Shown one piece after another: positions 63,242-64,000 of a DNA stretch of 64,000 nt. The stretch comes from Adineta vaga (Eukaryota; Animalia; Rotifera). The notes under the pieces were generated by a model. It saw nothing but the letters and a program-made list of their open reading frames with translations. It was not told where the DNA came from and did not search any database. The stretch covers positions 15,314,001 to 15,378,000 of the forward strand of contig CP075492.1 of the NCBI GenBank assembly GCA_021613535.1, given 5' to 3'. The position numbers were made by a program, and so were the translations under genes. Each line of letters opens with the position of its first letter. Position 1 is the stretch's first letter.

Positions 63242-64000
63242 ATGGCACATTTCGTCACCAACATCGAAGCAAAAACTGATGTGACAGAATCTACTAAAGT
63301 AAAAATCGAACAATGTGAAAACTCCATCATAAACTCTGGTACAAAGTATGTCGTTGAGGTTTGTTCTACAAACTACTCAATAATCATTGATTAGTGATCA
63401 TCATCTGTCTTTGTTTCCCTCAGTTAGTAGCAGGACTTTCATCTTATGATCTTGTTTGTTTGGGTGTTGGTAAAGGTGCCACTGCTGTCTATTCTAACCA
63501 AACTAGTAGTTCATTTGCTCTCGTACGTCGCTCAACTAACGAATGTATTCTTCTTATCGATATTGGTTTTGGTTCAATATTTGCTTTGCAAAAATATCTC
63601 AAAACTGCTAATATTAAACCTCGACAAATATTCGTTTCCCATAATCACACAGATCATAGTGGAGAATTACCTGTGTACATAGCTAATGAAGTTTCAAAAT
63701 CTATTGTTCGAATTTATTGTTACGCCTGTATTCAACCTCGTTTACGTCATTATCGTTGTGCTGAACTGGATTCAGCAACAACAGATCTTCTTCAAAATGT
63801 ACAATGGATTATGTGTAATGAATTACAAGATATTGAACTTGACTCTGGAGATCCAAAATCAAAATTAAAAATACGTGTTCAGCAAAGTCAACATAGCGAG
63901 CTATGTGCTGGGTTCGTTCTTTACGAAAATGATCAACCAATTCTTAGTTTTTCTGGAGATTCAGGTTTCAATCCATCATTTTATGCATTTCTTTGGACAG
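63242..64000 (+). CDS. Metallo-beta-lactamase-fold hydrolase (RNase Z/phosphodiesterase-like), runs off the window
   Basis: After an intron: LVCLGVGKGA, LLIDIGFG, FVSHNHTDHSG (HxHxDH), QHSELCAG, FSGDSG. Confidence 0.85.

Noticed and set aside
1-64000. Bacterial or fungal contaminant contig, or operon
   Set aside because: Foreign-looking genes are interleaved with intron-rich animal genes (GPCRs, neprilysin), share the AT-rich composition, and some carry introns.

Overview
AT-rich eukaryotic (animal) genomic DNA with many short (~50-60 nt) GT-AG introns, so the ORF track fragments or misses most genes. Gene content most resembles a bdelloid rotifer (inference): ADP-ribosyltransferase-TPR genes, F-box/LRR genes, divergent GPCRs and several bacterial- or fungal-type genes. 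About 20 genes, several pseudogene fragments, a dead RTE LINE and MITEs are present. Highlights: (1) a stand-alone colicin-E3/CdiA-type rRNase toxin gene with eukaryotic TATA box, putative 5'-UTR intron and polyA signal, and no immunity gene; (2) an intron-containing SAM + bacterial-type TIR gene not visible in the ORF track; (3) a spliced gene joining three 2-TM Cys-rich modules into one chain; (4) a family of short hairpins built from telomere-like G-rich/C-rich arms that sit at truncation junctions and gene 3' ends; (5) a fungal-type xylogalacturonan hydrolase, a TylF-type methyltransferase relic and a p38-like pseudokinase. Single-base frameshifts in otherwise intact genes suggest assembly indel errors or recent decay. 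All family assignments are by eye from motifs; no searches were run.
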